Shown piece by piece: positions 1 to 9,237 of a stretch of 32,000 nt of DNA. The stretch spans positions 4,200,001-4,232,000 of the forward strand of contig NZ_CP042905.2 in the NCBI RefSeq assembly GCF_008000775.2, in the 5' to 3' direction. The notes below the pieces were generated by a model that was given only the letters and a program-made list of their open reading frames with translations, did not search any database and was not told the origin of the DNA. Numbering within the stretch: the first letter of the stretch is position 1; each line of letters begins with the position of its first letter. The stretch is from Promethearchaeum syntrophicum. GTDB lineage: Archaea; Asgardarchaeota; Lokiarchaeia; Sigyniarchaeales; Promethearchaeaceae. The position numbers were made by a program, and so were the translations under genes.

Positions 1-271
1 CTGTGCTATTAGGTAATCCCGTAGCATGAATAATATCTTTCATTGAACATTCTTCTTTGTATCCTACTACGTGAATTATTAAGATATCCTTTCCGATAGT
101 TAACCGGGTTTCTTTTTTTTCTTTGTTCAAATATATTATTTGAAAACTATCTATTTCATTGATAGTTTGGGAAATTATCTCCGAAAAGAGTTTAAGAATT
201 TCTACATTATGTTCTGAGGTTTCCAATTTAAAATCATTTCTCGTTAATTCTCTAATAAATAATCTTTCATG
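1..271 (-). CDS. Partial ORF running off the left edge; possible winged-HTH/transcriptional-regulator-like protein
   Basis: Manual reverse translation gives an open frame ...ERLFIRELTRNDFKLETSEHNVEILKLFSEIISQTINEIDSFQ...KDILIIHVVGYKEECSMKDIIHATGLPNS.., with an HTH-like 'DIIHATGLPNS' segment. In-frame stop at 272-274. No ATG in the early part; TTG near 226 is possible. Confidence 0.35.
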
Positions 272-380
272 TCAAGAAAACTACTAGATTTTAAATAATA
301 TTTCCATTTCGGAACCTTTAAATATTTCTAAAACAAGAAGAATATAGATATTTCCATAATGGAAATAATTTTTTTTTAAG

Positions 381-827
381 GTGATTATAATGGATAAAAT
401 CAAAATAAAAATGATATTTATAAAGATAGCTTATATTGTGGGCATAATTTTAGATGGACTTTTAGGAATTGATATGTTTTTATATACTTTTTTAGGAAAA
501 TCTATATATTTACATAATCAAAATATTCCAATTTCAAGTAATGAAACTCAACCTGTAATGATGTTTGGAACAGCATTAATGATAGGATGGACTATATTAT
601 TAGGATGGGGTTTACATAAACCTATAGAAAGAAAAGGAACACTAATTATTACGGCGTTTCCTGTTGTATTCCTCTACCTAATATATGATATATTTCAATA
701 TATTAATGATATATCGATAACTGATCCAAGTTCAAAAATTGTAGTAATGATCATAAGATGCGGTCTTATTATTCTAATGATGGTAGCATATATTTTTGCT
801 AATCAAGTGAAAGAAAGAAAAAAATGA
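381..827 (+). CDS. Small integral membrane protein, about 4 TM helices, unknown function
   Basis: 148-aa ORF with hydrophobic stretches (IAYIVGIILDGLLGIDMFLYTFL; GTALMIGWTILLGWGL; LIITAFPVVFLYLIYDIF; VVMIIRCGLIILMMVAYIFA). Confidence 0.6.
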   Translation: MIIMDKIKIKMIFIKIAYIVGIILDGLLGIDMFLYTFLGKSIYLHNQNIPISSNETQPVMMFGTALMIGWTILLGWGLHKPIERKGTLIITAFPVVFLYLIYDIFQYINDISITDPSSKIVVMIIRCGLIILMMVAYIFANQVKERKK

Positions 828-880
828 AACTAGGATTTCACTTTTTTTTTTTAGATGAATTCTGAAACCCCATTCATTTA

Positions 881-2023
881 TTATTCAAAATTATTATAAA
901 AGATTGGATTTTGTGCTTGCAATAAAGTATAGGGAACTCCGGGACGCTTTTTGACCAATTTTTTAATCAAGAGTGTTTTTAACGCGGGAATTCTTTCAAT
1001 TGTTCTCCCGATTTTATAAAAATTTGTATTTAACAAAGTGGTTGCTATTACAATAATCGAATTTATATTAGGGGTTGAAATTGAGATATATTTTCCAATA
1101 GATGAGAGTGGCACCAACCCTGTTGGAATATCTTCCGTCAAATATCTGACTCTTAAGCTTACTGGAGCTTTAATATTTTTATAACTCTCTATTTGATGAA
1201 AAACTTCATAATAATCAGTAGCTTTACAACCATACACTCTATTTGCCCATTTTATAAGAGAGATTGGCTTTACACCAATATATCTTAAAATTTTACACCT
1301 TTCTTGATCAACTTTTTCAACTAAATTAGCGATTTTTTTAGATATACCCTCTTCATAGAAATGGAAATCAGATTTCCGGGTTATTGAACCTGCATTCAGA
1401 ACCGTTATAACTGGATGGATTACAGCACCAATATTATTTAGACTTGTCTCTCTAATATCATCGACTAGATTAAACTCAGGGAAGATAGAATTAATTATTG
1501 GGAACAGTATTTTATTATCCTCTTCGGGATAAAAACAGAAATCAACTGAGTTTTTAATTTTTAATATCGAAACTCCGAAATCATGAATTTTTCTACAAGT
1601 AAACAATAAAGTTTGCGTTTCTCCTACATGAATTTGCAATTTAGGACGATTATTTTTTATTGCATTATATACTTCAACGGCACCCCAAGTTCTTCCAGGA
1701 TTTAGAATAATTATTTGATTATTCTTCAGATATGGAAGAATTTCTTTAGTAATGCTAAGATGTGCAGAAGCAGGGACGACATATAGGATAATATCGGCAT
1801 TCTCTATCGCTTTTTTATAGTTATTTGTTATCATTTTGAGTTTATGAGATCCGGATATATAACCAAAGGATAAGATTGTTTTGCTGCTTTTAATATTTTC
1901 AACATATTTTGAAGATCTATAGAGAAGGGTTACATCATGACCTAATCGACTTAAATAAACGGCGAAAGCTCTTCCACCATTTCCCGCACCAATAATTGTT
2001 ATGTTATAATTTGAATTTTCCAT
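881..2023 (-). CDS. NAD(P)-dependent opine/octopine dehydrogenase-like protein
   Basis: N-terminal Rossmann motif ITIIGAGNGGRAFAVYLSRLGHDVTLLYRS; overall layout of the octopine/opine dehydrogenase family; 4 bp from the upstream gene, so likely cotranscribed. Confidence 0.65.
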   Translation of the reverse strand: MENSNYNITIIGAGNGGRAFAVYLSRLGHDVTLLYRSSKYVENIKSSKTILSFGYISGSHKLKMITNNYKKAIENADIILYVVPASAHLSITKEILPYLKNNQIIILNPGRTWGAVEVYNAIKNNRPKLQIHVGETQTLLFTCRKIHDFGVSILKIKNSVDFCFYPEEDNKILFPIINSIFPEFNLVDDIRETSLNNIGAVIHPVITVLNAGSITRKSDFHFYEEGISKKIANLVEKVDQERCKILRYIGVKPISLIKWANRVYGCKATDYYEVFHQIESYKNIKAPVSLRVRYLTEDIPTGLVPLSSIGKYISISTPNINSIIVIATTLLNTNFYKIGRTIERIPALKTLLIKKLVKKRPGVPYTLLQAQNPIFYNNFE

Positions 2024-2027
2024 AACT

Positions 2028-3734
2028 TTAGACCTCCTTTATTGATGAAGATTGAGTTTCTCCAATAAGTCCAGTATATAGTGCATCTTTAATTTGACCT
2101 AAACGTTTCTTTTCAGATATTGGAGAATCTGAATTATCCACAGCCAAACATTTTCCATTTATTATGCGAGTCTTAATTTTCCCTAAAGCCCATTTATTGC
2201 TTATTAATTGGGGAGCATCTAAGATCCCTTTTTGAACAAGTAATGTTAGAAATTCTGGAGATAATAATGGATCCTTATAACCTAAGGATAGCCCGAATTT
2301 AATTATATAATCCAGAAGTACTTGAGCTTCGCCCAAAATCTCATTTTTCCTATTATCTATAAGGGGATCTTTTGCATAGTCAGGTAATCCAACTACAGAA
2401 TCTTGTATCAAACGTTTTAAAATTGTACAACTTTCAATAATATCTTCTGGCAAAGCAGCATGTGTTGCTTCTGAATGACTTACTACGTGTACTATATGGG
2501 GTTTTATACTCATCTGGATTAATGTGGAAGTACAAAGTTGACCTTTAGCAATTTTATCATTAGATGAAAAATAAGACAACCCAGCACGTGTTTCCCTTAA
2601 AACCTCAAAATTTTGATCAATTAATGGTTCTACAATTTCTTTCATGGCTAAAACACGCGCTAAATCCATATTTAATGTGTTTCCTGCAGGAGTATTGAAC
2701 ATAAATTGCTCAATATAAATTTTAACTCCGAGTTTTTTAGCAATGTATGCAGAGATATATGCATCAGCAACAACAATATGATCTGGAGCCATTCTTAAAC
2801 CCCATTGATGAGGATCATTTACTTCTACAGGAATTTTTCTTGCAGCGTGCCATTTAATGGTTTTAAAATGTTCAGAAATAGAATCAAATAAGGATTTTGG
2901 ACCTCTTCCATCTAATTGAGAATACCAAAAGATCGGAATAGCGGCCCATGCATTGAGAATTGTATCATGGAAAAGTTCTGCATTTTTAATTAGATCTTGA
3001 GTTCCTGAATAAATTCTTAATAAGGGAAAATTTCCAATTTGACTATTTTCATAAAGATCAACTAAATCTTGTTTATTCCGAATAGGAACTCCACCTGCAC
3101 CTTTAGGAATCTTATTAATAATTTCAGGATGGTGTAGAAATTCCTGGCAAGCTTGATCTGGAGCAATCGAAATTATATCCAAAACTTTAGCTTCAGCAAT
3201 TTCTTTTACTCCATTATATGTTTCTTCTAAAGATGAGAGTCCAAAATGTGCTCTAATAATTGGGTAAGGGGAAATTGATCGAATTCGAGAAATTAAATCA
3301 GATGGATAATTGGCAATATTATTATCTTCCTTTTCAGATCCGTGTAATTGAGATATAATTATGTCAAAAGTTTCTCCACCAACAAAAAATTCTTTAAAAA
3401 AATTCTTCGTCTTTGCATATTTTATTAATTCGGGTAATCCTCCTAAATAATAATTACGATCAGTTAAGTTTTCTTGCTTTACGATATTAATGAAATTCTC
3501 AATGTGTTTTTTTCCCGTTTCGGGAGTTAAACGATAAGATATTGCGATATTTTTTGCATTACTTTTTTTAATTTGAGTTATAATTTCAGGAATTTTATTA
3601 GCAGGTCCAAGAAATTTAGATTCAAAACCTAAATCCGAAATTACTTGAAAAAAATTTAAAATTCCTGCTGTATGCACACAATCTTCTAGACAAGCCCCTA
3701 AATACTTTTTATCATTCATTTTCATATTGATCAA
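2028..3734 (-). CDS. Cobalamin-binding, TIM-barrel mutase-like protein (distant glutamate/methylaspartate mutase relative)
   Basis: N-terminal 'GACLEDCVHTAGILNFFQVISDLGFESKFLGPANKIPEIITQIKKSNAKNIAIS' resembles a B12-binding Rossmann domain with a variant DxxHxxG motif; C-terminal barrel-like region with EVNDPHQWGLRMAPDHIVVADAYISA. Confidence 0.5.
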   Translation of the reverse strand: MINMKMNDKKYLGACLEDCVHTAGILNFFQVISDLGFESKFLGPANKIPEIITQIKKSNAKNIAISYRLTPETGKKHIENFINIVKQENLTDRNYYLGGLPELIKYAKTKNFFKEFFVGGETFDIIISQLHGSEKEDNNIANYPSDLISRIRSISPYPIIRAHFGLSSLEETYNGVKEIAEAKVLDIISIAPDQACQEFLHHPEIINKIPKGAGGVPIRNKQDLVDLYENSQIGNFPLLRIYSGTQDLIKNAELFHDTILNAWAAIPIFWYSQLDGRGPKSLFDSISEHFKTIKWHAARKIPVEVNDPHQWGLRMAPDHIVVADAYISAYIAKKLGVKIYIEQFMFNTPAGNTLNMDLARVLAMKEIVEPLIDQNFEVLRETRAGLSYFSSNDKIAKGQLCTSTLIQMSIKPHIVHVVSHSEATHAALPEDIIESCTILKRLIQDSVVGLPDYAKDPLIDNRKNEILGEAQVLLDYIIKFGLSLGYKDPLLSPEFLTLLVQKGILDAPQLISNKWALGKIKTRIINGKCLAVDNSDSPISEKKRLGQIKDALYTGLIGETQSSSIKEV

Positions 3735-4099
3735 ACCTAAATTATTGTATAGACAATTCTGTATATATGTTATTTAACGGGAGAAATGTAAATATTAATA
3801 AATTCTTTCATTGATTTATTAACAAAAATTGCATTAAAATATAGATTTTAATTTAATCTATAAAATTTTTAATTTTAAACTTAGATTGAATTGTTTAAAA
3901 TTGTTAATAACATAAAATTTTGATTCTATAATTATTACGCAAGATAGATATAAAAATATATTGCTCATTTAAATACTTCAAAAATTAAATCATGCATTCA
4001 TTCAAATGGATATTTAAGTAAAATTAGTTTGGATTTAAATTTTCATTAAAATTATAACTTTAATCTATTTTTACAAATTGGATCTTACAAAAAAATGAT

Positions 4100-4127
4100 A
4101 AGGATTCAAATCCAAATCCTTTTTTTT
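4100..4127 (+). terminator. Stem-loop followed by T-run
   Basis: AAGGATT (4100-4106), 8-nt loop, AATCCTT (4115-4121), then TTTTTT. No plus-strand gene is called upstream. Confidence 0.3.
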
Positions 4128-4221
4128 CATAAATAATATACCTTTTTTTTGTATTTTTTCCCATAAATTATTTTAATAATCATCTTAACCTTCAATTAAA
4201 TAGAGAAATTTTTCTCAAATA

Positions 4222-4764
4222 GTGATTTGCTCTAGTACAAGAAATTGCCAGGGATTTGTTATGTCTGATATCAGTGAAAAACTCCATGAACTTCAAGAAA
4301 GTATGCAGAAGCTGACCTTATTAAAGCAGTTAGGTGCAGAAAAACTCATTTTGGAGCAAGAAAATGAAATATTTCATATTCAACAAGAGATAATGAATAT
4401 CAATGCAAATGCTTCTGTGGATATAATTGATACAATTTTACCAAAAAAGTGTAAATTTTGTACAGATCATCTAGAGAGATTCAATGAGGAAGAAAAATTA
4501 GATTGCTATGAAAAAAATTACTCTAAATGCAAGAAAAAAGAACCTAAAAATATGAATTTACTCAGCATGAACTTTTTAAAAGTAATTCTAATGTATTTGG
4601 TTCTTCTTGGGCTCTTATTTGCTTTTTTGATAATTACAAATATACTTTTTACCTATTTTGAAGGTCAAGCTTTATTCGTGTTTATTGGTGCCTTTTTAGG
4701 AATGATGATTATTATAATTATTTTTAGAAAACCTGTGAGGAAATTATACAAATCAATTTCCTAA
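4222..4764 (+). CDS. Membrane protein with N-terminal coiled coil, CxxC pair and two TM helices; unknown function
   Basis: Heptad-like LHELQESMQKLTLLKQLGAEKLILEQENEIFHIQQEI, cysteine-containing segment KKCKFCTDHLERFNEEEKLDCYEKNYSKCKK, then MYLVLLGLLFAFLIITNILF and ALFVFIGAFLGMMIIIIIF. Confidence 0.55.
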   Translation: MICSSTRNCQGFVMSDISEKLHELQESMQKLTLLKQLGAEKLILEQENEIFHIQQEIMNINANASVDIIDTILPKKCKFCTDHLERFNEEEKLDCYEKNYSKCKKKEPKNMNLLSMNFLKVILMYLVLLGLLFAFLIITNILFTYFEGQALFVFIGAFLGMMIIIIIFRKPVRKLYKSIS

Positions 4765-4781
4765 ACCAATTAGCTCACCTT

Positions 4782-6881
4782 TCACTCCAAATACAAATTT
4801 TCGACAGTTTTTTCAATTAAATATAATAATTCATCAATATCTTTTTGATCTTCTTCATTTAGTGGATGGATTTGATTAGTTCTACGAATTCTATGCAAAA
4901 TTCGGCCAACCCCATCTAATTGTTGAATTATATGCTTATTTATCTTTAGTGGTAATTCATTTAAAGTATCAATTTCTACTTGGGGAAGAGTTCTATTCTT
5001 TTTTAACGTGATTAATTGATAGAAGCGATTAAAAATAATGGAATTTAAAATTGTACAAAGCGCATAAAGTGAGATAGGAGAATTAACATCTTTTCTAGGA
5101 ATTAAATAAAGCAAAGTATTTGAATGATAGAACCCATCTGTATCAACTGCAGCTATTAATCTATCTCCGGTTCTACGTAAGATAATCTTTTCTTGCTCAA
5201 TATGAGTAGGATTAAATCCACCCGAAAATAGCATATCGGGTTTAACCATTATAAAATGCCCCTGATAATGAATTAAATAAGGAACTATTGAATTTCCTGA
5301 AATCAAACCACGCTTCCAATAATGATTTTTTTTCATTCGAGATGTAATTCGTTCTTTGCCGATACCCGTCTTAGAACGTATTCCGTGATGTATTTCAAAG
5401 TAATTCTTAAGAGGAATTGTGTTTTTTTCAAATTTAGTGGTAAAATTTTCTGTATCTTTAGAGAAAAATAAGCGAAATCTCTTTTTCGGTTGGTTTTGAA
5501 AAAATTTAGGATTCATTTTATATTCTTGGAGTAAAAAAACTTCATTATTTCTGAAAATACACTTTATAGAACGCATTTCCACTTCTAATTGATTAGTATC
5601 TCCTGAAATTTTTTGTAAAATCAAAATTACCGGTAGCCCACTATTTGCTTGAGACCAAAAATTTTTTTCAAATAAGCAGATTTCAAGTAAAATACTTTTT
5701 GACAATAGGAAACTTCGCAGTTTTTGATAGTATTTCCCCATTAAAAAGCTATCTGGTAGAACAAAAGCGCCCCAACCACCAGGTTTAAGAAATTGAATTG
5801 CCCTTTCAATAAAAAGAGCGTAATAGCTGATTTTATATTCCGCAGTGGAAAATATTTTTCGATATTTGTCAGCATTATCATTTTTAAGTGTACCAACTCG
5901 CCCTAATCCCCAACTTTTATACGGGGGATTTGTAATAATTATATCTACTATTTCTTCATTGAAATTGGAGGGAATTTTAATATTGTTTTGAGAATTTTTC
6001 CTTAGGAGATCTTTCCATTGAATTTCTGTCAAAGATTCTAATGAGTCTGCATGAACAAAAGATATTTTCTGGAACATTTCACTAAATCCAGGGTGAAAAG
6101 TCAATAATTTTAGCAGATAATTACAGATTTTGATAATATATGGGTCATAATCAAAACCCCAAAAGGAAAAGTTTACATTCTTAAAATTTTGAAAAGAGAC
6201 AAATGCAGCCGCATAAATGAGGAAAGCACCCATTCCGCATGAATAATCTAAGATTCGAATATTGTCAGATCTAACCAATTTCATTAGAATATCGCTTTTT
6301 AACCTATTTAATATATATAAAATTACACTTGGTGGGGTATAATAGGACCCACTTGCTTTCCTGGTATTATCTTCTTCGTGATCGTCATTTAAGAAATGAA
6401 AATATTGAATTATATTGCTTAAAATTTGAATATCTGTTAATATTGGATCGTTAAGGAAGATATTTTCAGTAGAAAAAGGTGTTTCTTTTTCAAAGATCTC
6501 GCTTATTGTATTTTTAAATTCGTTTGATAACTTTTCATTTAGATTATTGATGAATTTAAAATCAAAATCGAATTGACCCTTATTTAGGTATATTTCCCAA
6601 AAAGCCCTCTTTAGCTCCCGTTTTATAGGTATTTCAAGTTTTTGCAACCAATTTCTGGTTTCGATAAATTCACTAACTATTAGATTAATTGAAATAAGAT
6701 TTACCGAGAGTTCTTCATTAGTAAATTCGATCTGAATATGATTATTAAGAATTTTCTTAATTGACAGGATTAATTTTTTAATTTTTCGAGTGGGGATCAT
6801 TCTTAATATCAATTTTTTTGAAGGTTTATTTCTTGTAGAAAGGTATGGGTGATTCAAATTTTCTTTCATTTTCGTTCCCAT
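4782..6881 (-). CDS. N6-adenine DNA methyltransferase, Eco57I/TaqI-like class I (putative MTase plus specificity region)
   Basis: Motifs SGSYYTPPSVILYIL, DYSCGMGAFLIYAA (motif I), DIIITNPPYKSW (motif IV), KPGGWGAFVLPDSFL. The ORF track starts at 6989, but MGTKMKENLNHPY (6881) or MIPTRK (6800) are likelier starts. Confidence 0.85.
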   Translation of the reverse strand: MGTKMKENLNHPYLSTRNKPSKKLILRMIPTRKIKKLILSIKKILNNHIQIEFTNEELSVNLISINLIVSEFIETRNWLQKLEIPIKRELKRAFWEIYLNKGQFDFDFKFINNLNEKLSNEFKNTISEIFEKETPFSTENIFLNDPILTDIQILSNIIQYFHFLNDDHEEDNTRKASGSYYTPPSVILYILNRLKSDILMKLVRSDNIRILDYSCGMGAFLIYAAAFVSFQNFKNVNFSFWGFDYDPYIIKICNYLLKLLTFHPGFSEMFQKISFVHADSLESLTEIQWKDLLRKNSQNNIKIPSNFNEEIVDIIITNPPYKSWGLGRVGTLKNDNADKYRKIFSTAEYKISYYALFIERAIQFLKPGGWGAFVLPDSFLMGKYYQKLRSFLLSKSILLEICLFEKNFWSQANSGLPVILILQKISGDTNQLEVEMRSIKCIFRNNEVFLLQEYKMNPKFFQNQPKKRFRLFFSKDTENFTTKFEKNTIPLKNYFEIHHGIRSKTGIGKERITSRMKKNHYWKRGLISGNSIVPYLIHYQGHFIMVKPDMLFSGGFNPTHIEQEKIILRRTGDRLIAAVDTDGFYHSNTLLYLIPRKDVNSPISLYALCTILNSIIFNRFYQLITLKKNRTLPQVEIDTLNELPLKINKHIIQQLDGVGRILHRIRRTNQIHPLNEEDQKDIDELLYLIEKTVENLYLE

Positions 6882-9073
6882 TTCACACAAAAGAAAATAT
6901 TCCAGAGTTAAATTGGGTGAATCGTCCAATAAACAATTTCCAAGTCCCAAAAACAGATATAAAACCAGTGTTAGTAGTTGACTCAGCAAAAATTTTAACT
7001 AATCTTGGGAAGATCCAATTGAATTCAGCTAAAAATGATCAAAATATTAATTTTTACTCATCGTATGAAGAAGTGTTTAAAAAGGATAGAGAGGATAACA
7101 CGTTAAATCGAATAATCCATGCAGATTCTTTAATAGGGATGGCAAATTTAATAGAAAATGGATTTAGAGAAAAAACACAAATGATTTATTTCGATCCTCC
7201 TTTTGGAATCGAGTTTAATGCCAAATTTCACTCCGGAAATCAAAAAACAGAAGGATATATAGATTCATGGAAAAACGGATTAAATTCTTATTTAGAATAT
7301 TTACGTGAAAGAATTTTTTTATGCCGTGAGCTTCTCAATCCTTCCGGGTCCATTTTTATTCAAATTGGGGATGAAAATGTCCACTATGTGAGATGTTTAA
7401 TGGATGAAATCTTTGGTAGGAAGAATTTTGTGAGTCAAATTACGTTCAGAACCGCGATTAGCACAAATAAAATTAATAGCGTTTCAGATTATTTATTATG
7501 GTATGCGCGTGATAAATCCAAAATGTTTCGTCGTAAATTATATTGTGAACGATCGGAAGAAAAATCATCAAAAACATTTACTTACTCAGATACGAACCCT
7601 AAATCTGGAAAAATTAGAAAATTTAAAGCACAAGAATTAGTTAATCGAATAAAACCTACAAAATCTTTAAGAATTGATAGAAATTATTCTATTGATTTCA
7701 AAGGTAAGAAATTTTTACCTCCGGAGGGATTTGAATGGAGGTGGAATAAAGATGCATTACAAAGACTTATCGAGCTTAATAGGATACATGAAATTAATGG
7801 AAAATTATATGGTAAACGTTATGGAAAGGATTTTCCAGTTATGATCTTAACAAATCTTTGGACAGATACTTCTACAAGCACTTTTGCTTCGCGAAAGCAC
7901 TATACTGTACATACAAATCCTAAAGTTATTCGGAGGTGTATTGCAATGACTACAAAACCGGGTGATTTAGTCCTTGATCCTACCAGTGGCTCTGGCACTA
8001 CTGCAGTTGTGGCTGAAGATTTATTTAGAAAATGGATAGTATTTGATACAAGTCCAACATCAATACTATCTACTTTTAATTGGTTGATAGGAACAAACTT
8101 TCCAGAGTATCAATGGGATGATTCTATTAAAGATTTCATTTATACTCAAGTTAATAAGGTTAGTTTAAGCAATTTAGCCCATAAAAGGACGTCAAATCAA
8201 GAATTTCAATATGATCTACCGAAGAAGGAAAAAAAAAATCGGAATGCTATTAGGATTGCTTCTCCGTTTTCAATTGAAATGATAAAAAAATTAAAAATAT
8301 CTAAGTGGGCAGAATTTATTGTTAGTATTTTGAAAAATAATGGAATTTTATTACCATCTGGAAAAAAAATAGCCTTAGATAACATTCAATTCTTAGAAAT
8401 CCCAGGCAATAAAGATCAAAATAGGACCTTGTCCATTGTTCGTGGAACAATTAGGGAACTAATATATAATGTAATAATTAACGATCCAACAGCAGAAATT
8501 AGTGAATCAGATATATTGAAAGTCTTAGAAATTCCCGATGAACCAATTAGAAATCAAAACTGGATAATTTTAGGAGGAGTTTTTTCATTTAAATTCTATC
8601 GAAGAATCAAAGAAATTAGAGAACTTCTTGAAAAGTCAGAAACTACACTTCAAAAAGTTATTTTACTTGGAAATTATCACCCAGATTTACTAATAAAACA
8701 ACTAAGTTTTGATGCTCATCCTGAAAGTATTAGAATAATGGGCTCAATTATCCAGAAACCAAAAGATCTAAAATTCACTATTCAATTTTATAATCCATTT
8801 AGTAATATGTTTGAAAAACTACCTGATGATCAAATAGCTGTGTGGATGATTTGTAATTTAAAAAATGATGAAAAAAAACCCCCCAAAATTGATTTAATTC
8901 AATGCCCTATATATAAAAATTTCATCTCAAAAATAATTAAACCATATTTTTGTTCCACCATCGAATTAAACCAATATATAAAACAATACAAGAATCAAAT
9001 AGAAGAATCGAAAATCGGTTTAATTGGAATAGATCTTCGAGGCACACCACATTATGCAATTTTGGGTAGATAA
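6845..9073 (+). CDS. DNA methyltransferase, beta-class/type III Mod-like, with large C-terminal domain
   Basis: IHADSLIGMANL...TQMIYFDPPFGIEF (DPPF catalytic motif), SIFIQIGDENVHYVRCLMDEIFG, and C-terminal MTase motif DLVLDPTSGSGTTAVVAEDLFRKWIVFDTS. Confidence 0.85.
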   Translation: MGDSNFLSFSFPFHTKENIPELNWVNRPINNFQVPKTDIKPVLVVDSAKILTNLGKIQLNSAKNDQNINFYSSYEEVFKKDREDNTLNRIIHADSLIGMANLIENGFREKTQMIYFDPPFGIEFNAKFHSGNQKTEGYIDSWKNGLNSYLEYLRERIFLCRELLNPSGSIFIQIGDENVHYVRCLMDEIFGRKNFVSQITFRTAISTNKINSVSDYLLWYARDKSKMFRRKLYCERSEEKSSKTFTYSDTNPKSGKIRKFKAQELVNRIKPTKSLRIDRNYSIDFKGKKFLPPEGFEWRWNKDALQRLIELNRIHEINGKLYGKRYGKDFPVMILTNLWTDTSTSTFASRKHYTVHTNPKVIRRCIAMTTKPGDLVLDPTSGSGTTAVVAEDLFRKWIVFDTSPTSILSTFNWLIGTNFPEYQWDDSIKDFIYTQVNKVSLSNLAHKRTSNQEFQYDLPKKEKKNRNAIRIASPFSIEMIKKLKISKWAEFIVSILKNNGILLPSGKKIALDNIQFLEIPGNKDQNRTLSIVRGTIRELIYNVIINDPTAEISESDILKVLEIPDEPIRNQNWIILGGVFSFKFYRRIKEIRELLEKSETTLQKVILLGNYHPDLLIKQLSFDAHPESIRIMGSIIQKPKDLKFTIQFYNPFSNMFEKLPDDQIAVWMICNLKNDEKKPPKIDLIQCPIYKNFISKIIKPYFCSTIELNQYIKQYKNQIEESKIGLIGIDLRGTPHYAILGR

Positions 9074-9237
9074 TTTAAATTTTAATATCAATTTCATATT
9101 GAAATAAATTTTTTATAAAAGAAATGAAATACGCCCTTCAAGCAAGATTTAGATTTCCTAGATTTTTGACCAGCAAATATATAAGCGAACCGATCAAATA
9201 GAAATATATAGTTTGCAAAAATAGCAAATTATTTTAA

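Noticed and set aside
4782-9073. BREX, DISARM or classical type I/III restriction system
   Set aside because: No PglZ, BrxC/ATPase, helicase, PLD, HsdR or Res-like protein is encoded nearby; only the two methyltransferases are visible.
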